A stretch of DNA of 64,000 bases from Mytilus californianus (Eukaryota). The translations under genes were made by a program, and so were the position numbers. The DNA lies in assembly GCF_021869535.1 (NCBI RefSeq), contig NW_026262745.1:59210001-59274000 (forward strand). The letters run 5' to 3'. The notes under the pieces were generated by a model. It was not told the DNA's origin. It saw only the letters and a program-made list of their open reading frames with translations, and ran no database searches. Positions 58,986 to 64,000 of this stretch are shown piece by piece (position 1 is the stretch's first letter; each line of letters starts with the position of its first letter).

Positions 58986-61379
58986 GACATAGACATATTT
59001 TAGTTAGCTCCTCACCTCTTTCAGTACTTATACCTTCTTGGTTTCCAAATATTCAGCTTTGAGCGTTCCTGATGAAAGGTAAATCCAAATAAGTGCTTCG
59101 GACGCATAAAAATGAATACCATGTTATTTTCTATATTTTACTGGAACTGAAACGACGTGTAAAAGCTATAATTTTGTTTCAATACACGTTTAGGCAATAA
59201 AGCTTATCCCAATATTATCATAGATTTTCCTATGCGCAAAACACAGTGTATGACCAAACTTAATAGGGATTTGTTTAAACTGGATATAATTATTGCTGTG
59301 CTAACACAGCCTCAGCACGGAGGGATTCTATTAAGAATTATTTTGGAGGCATAACATGTCTTGAAATCTTAATTACGGTTTGATAAATGTTAAATATAAT
59401 AGGGGGATGAAACCTTAGAAATACATACTTTATTTTTAAATTTCATTAATTAATTAGACTTTTTATCATGCATGCATGTCGCTCGTGTCATGTGATTCCA
59501 CAGTCGTATTCGGGGCAGACCGTCACGAAATAGCTAATAGTGCTGGAAGTGGTACTTAACACAAATCAACCAACCAATCAACCAAAGTCATATTCATGAA
59601 TGAGTGAAAACGGCAAAGAATATGAAAAAAAGTTGCTTTAATTTAAAAGAAAAAGTAAAAAGAAATGCAACACGTGAACCGGATTTTCTGTTCAAAGGAC
59701 ATTTTCAGCAGTTGTTTTAGGTATCTGTGGGTGGTTTTATGAAATGCAAACGTTCTGTTCCTTTTCTACATATCTTCTTTTTCTAGTTGTTGTTCATATT
59801 CCTTGCCTTTTATCCCGGTCGAACAACCATGCCTGGTCTTCTATTCAATGTATTGACTAATTTGTTCTCGTCCTGAAAATGCATCACACAGTAATGTTGC
59901 CACTAGATGGTAACCAATCAACAACCTATCAAATCTCATATATTCGATAGATGCTTACTATGCAATTTAGTTATATGTTAGAAGGTACTAGTAGTAAACG
60001 GTTCTAACATTACCTCGACCCCGGTGATTGCTATGCACGGATTGGCCTAAACATACATATACTTTTATTCATAATCGCATGTGGTACCGTGCTCGCTTCT
60101 AGCGCTTGCTGTAGCTATTTCATTTCCCGACAGGATAAACACAAGAATTTAAAAATTGCTAACTATTGCTTCTCTAACAAACACGTGACATATTGTGGGC
60201 CGAACAAAGGTTTGCTCGGAGTCAAAATAAGTGGTATGAGTATGGAAAAATGTCTCTGGTGACCAAGCACGTTAAAAATCCTCCCAGCGTGTTGGTATAG
60301 TGGTAGGCAGGATAAATTCTTATATCGTTAATATATCTTTTCCCGAATATTCATGACAATTTAGCCGCTGGAAGTTACGCAGCCACATATAAATCAATCA
60401 ATAAATCTTCAATAAAGATATTTAAGTTTTTAGCAATTATTTTTTTTTTGTTCTGTATATACAGACATACATTCTGAAAATGAATCTAAATTATAAACAA
60501 GTGTTATATATATATATGTCTTCATTAATCTAGAACCAATAAAACGCGCTGTTGTCGATTAATCATAAGTACACATCAATTTATTCCGAAATGTGCAATA
60601 AATAAAACAAAACTATCCTTATGCTTTTTGTAATTTCGATCATTTGGTGATGATGGCAGATCTTCGATAGTATCGGTTAAATAGATTCACAGCTTCTTTT
60701 AGGCTCGGGTCGATTTTCTATATATATGATATATTGTAAAGACTGCTACCTATTGTTAAAGACTGTTGGTTGAACTCGAGTTATGATAATCGTTTGGCTA
60801 TTTGTGTCTTTGGATTTCTGTTTCATTGACATGCATACCCCATCTCCTTTTATTTGTAACAGTGTTTAAAATGTTGTTCGTATATTGTGATACTATTAAC
60901 GGTACAAAGTTTAATGCACAAGATCTGCATTACGACAAGTAATGTCTCTTTAGTGATGCTAGAGGTCAAAATATTTAGAATAAAAAGTCATACGTTGAAG
61001 AGCTGATAAAACCAAACAGGATCAAAATAAAGCCAAACCCAGTCAACTGGTTAGTGAGCATAAATGCATAGATGTGGGGTGAATGTATTCAATCGTAAAC
61101 AGCTATCTTAAACTATCGGAACATGGATTGTATATGATATTTCGAAGTAACTTCACCTTTAAATCTGTTTTACGTCATAAAGAAACCGAAAACTCACAAA
61201 CAAATTGTATAATTGGCATCAAAAGCTATATTAAAACCAGATAAAACTAATATCTTTTAGTTTTGAATTTTTCCGAAGACATCAATTATGATCCTTTTCA
61301 TAAAGTAATTTTGTAATCTGAATTGTTTTTAAATCATATATTTGCATGAGTTTCAGATTGGTAAAAACTGGTTTGCCAC

Positions 61380-62105
61380 AATACAGACTGAGTACTAAAG
61401 TGTCCAATAAGATGTAACAAAATAAAATACAGTAAGTTTATCGTTTTAGCAAAATGTTATTCCAAGATTTATTGCTGACTTGGACTACTAGAACATGGTT
61501 AGAAAACGTCCCAAATATGAATCAATTAAAAGTTATAGTATATATAAGTTATGTATAATTATAAGAACAAAATTATAAATGTAACGGAGAACAAAACAGG
61601 GTATTACTAAGTAACTTCTCGATCTTCAGTTAGTGTTACTACTTTAGAAATGGTAAAAGCATAAACTAGGGAGAGGCGGGTGGCAATTAAAAACCATAGT
61701 CGATATAAGACAGGCAACACGACTTAGGAAAATATGTCTACAAAACACTTCACTAAAAAGAAAGATTGGAAACCTCGAACCGCACAAACTCGGAGTACCA
61801 CTAAGAGCCAAAAAACGGAGTAGCACGAACTGCATAGAAAAAACACTGCGGGTAAACAATGGTAGGGTGTTACATAATAGCGGAAATAAAGACTGTTACA
61901 GATAACTCTGCAGGCACAATCTAAGATTGAATCTCGTATTAAGTAAATGTTAATTAAGCGTACAAAGTAACACGTGCTAGGACTACTCAATATAATAGCT
62001 AGTACTAATAAAGTCATAATACAAATTTTACTAAGTGCGCAGACACCTTTATACGTAGTTGCTACAACTGATGAAATCATTGCACACTACACATTATTCT
62101 AACTA
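61380..62105. other. Segment with inverted dinucleotide bias that reads like reversed (non-complemented) DNA
   Basis: Hand count for 61621-62100 is about 54 TA vs 35 AT; the string read backwards gives protein-like frames. Boundaries approximate. Confidence 0.45.
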
Positions 62106-62734
62106 GGGGACGACCATTTGATTCTTCGTAAGAGGGACTATGAATTTTACCTGTTGCTCTGCTGCCTTTTGTACACAGTTATTTCCTACATATAGTTGGG
62201 ATGAATATTCATTTTCATTTTGTTTAGGACATATTTAGTTCATAACAGCCTAGGAATTTCATTTAAAAAATCTCCCATTCCCTTGAAATTAAATGGTGGT
62301 TCCCTTATTATTTTTTTTTTTAATATTTTCAGCAAAACAGAAATCTTGAATACTTTTTTATTGCCAAGACATGGTCTTCCGACGTGATCGTTTTCTAGCT
62401 CATTCGAAATAAAATTTGTCAACATTGACCCGGAACTCTTTCTTATCTGTCTATAAAGTTTACGCAATCTCAAGTAGGTAGGATAAGCCACGTTTGAACA
62501 ACTTAGGTAGATACCGAAATGGAGATCTTTAGATCCGTCCTAATTATATTTGGTAAGTATATTTCTGTAACTGTGTTTTTTCTTAAAAAATATTTCTGGT
62601 AAAAACAAAAATTAATAACGATTGGTACTTCTGTATTTGTTTTCTTTTCATATATATTCCTTCAATGGTAAAGGGAAGTTCAGGAAACTATTTTACCTGA
62701 AGGGACATACTCGCTTAGAATATATATATCGCTT

Positions 62735-62835
62735 CTATATAAAGACACATTTTTCATTTCCTATTGTTAATTATCCACTTTTAGATGATGACGTTCCCTT
62801 GTCACCATATTTTGGTGTTTATAAATCTCATGAAT
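62735..62835 (+). mobile_element. Penelope-like RT fragment
   Basis: YIKTHFSFPIVNYPLLDDDVPLSPYFGVY resembles the PLE RT motif YDKRDDF.F.IVN.P.L...P..P.YGVY. Confidence 0.65.
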
Positions 62836-64000
62836 GACATTTGTTTCCGGTTTAGATGTATGTTTTTTGACATTTGATTCACTGATTGATTATTGGGCAC
62901 ATAACGTCAAGTGGCAAATATTACATGCATCATATTAACAAAAAAATGCTTACAATGAGGTGCTGCAATGTGGTTCGACCGATATGAAGGGCGGGCATTT
63001 CAACAGTCATTCAGGGACTTTGCGGTATGGGCTTTGCTCATTGTTGAAGGCCGTACGGTGACCTATAGTTGTTAATTTCTGTGTCATTTGGTCTCTTGTG
63101 GAGAGTTGTCTCATTGGCAATCATACCACATCTTCTTTTTTATATTCAAGTAAAAAGGGTATGTTGGATAGTTGAAGATATTTTGCCTTTCATCAGCTCA
63201 CCACTTATATGAAACCCCCCAATGAGTTGACGTGAAGAGAGCGTATCACTCTCTGCAGAAAACGTCGGATTCAATGTCATCATTTCGGGCATGACTGCGT
63301 ATTTATACATCCGACACAACAAAACGCACTTCAATCTTTAACATGGCTTCAACTGCTGTACCGGAGAAGTCCGTAAATCGTTATAACTCTATTTTCCTAC
63401 CCCAGTAAACCCTTGTGGTTTTTTTCATTAGGGAATCAGCAATCATTCTGTATTCGTATTGTAGTTTTTTTTTGTTATGAATCGTTGAAAATATTTGATT
63501 GATATTCTTGCGAATATTTGCCAGGTCCGTCTTTGAATTATAAAATTAAAATAAGGGTCTCATTATAAATTGTTAATGTAAAATCGAGAATGGAAATGGA
63601 GAATGTGTAGAAGAGACAACAATCCGACCAAAGAGTAGAAAACAGCCGACGGCCACCAAAGGGTCTTCAAAACAGCGAGTAAATCCCGCACCTGGAGGCG
63701 GGCTTCAGCTGGCCCCTAAACAAAATGTGTACTAGTTCAATGAAAATGGACGTCACACTAAACTCTAAAACATATAAATTAACTAAAATTAAAAAACATA
63801 CAAGACTAACAAAGGCCAGAGGCTCCTGAGTTGGGACAGGCGCAAAAATGCGGTGGGGTTAAACATGTTTTGTGAAATCTCAACCCTCCCCCTATACCTC
63901 TAGCCAAAGTAGAATAAACAAACACACAGTAATACGCACAGTAATACTCAGTTTAAAAGAAGTCCGAGTCCGATGTCAGAAAAGGTAACTATAGAAACTA

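Noticed and set aside
61644-62080. 71-aa and 118-aa minus ORFs as genes
   Set aside because: No motifs or splice context; they lie within the compositionally anomalous segment.
63146-63420. Protein-like minus-strand frames
   Set aside because: Several stops and no family recognised; probably an old TE fragment.

Overview
AT-rich eukaryotic genomic DNA, most likely a bivalve mollusc (Mytilus-like; inferred from repeat and gene families). The main feature is a full-length 18,460-bp Maverick/Polinton virus-like element (7968-26427). It has AGTAGT...ACTACT ends, 512-bp TIRs in which I found no mismatch, and a TATATT target-site duplication. It encodes a protein-primed PolB (stop and frameshift near the C-terminus), major and minor capsid proteins, an rve integrase with chromodomain, a packaging ATPase and several small ORFs, but no recognisable adenain protease. 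Its middle carries two interdigitated spliced genes on opposite strands that the ORF track misses: a 6-exon type I membrane protein (+) and a 5-exon, all-phase-0, 82-aa protein (-), each with exons lying in the other's introns. Host genes to the right are a spliced HEPN(Rx4H)-coiled coil-STAND NTPase-ankyrin immune-type gene, a frameshifted Mab-21/cGAS-like pseudogene whose 3' end is amplified into a 75-bp minisatellite, and an intact 4-exon lipocalin. The rest is LINE and Penelope remnants, MITEs, Helentron-like elements and a foldback-like element. About 0.7 kb near 61.4-62.1 kb reads like reversed, non-complemented DNA. All coordinates, translations and counts are by hand; family names are motif-based and no database search was run.
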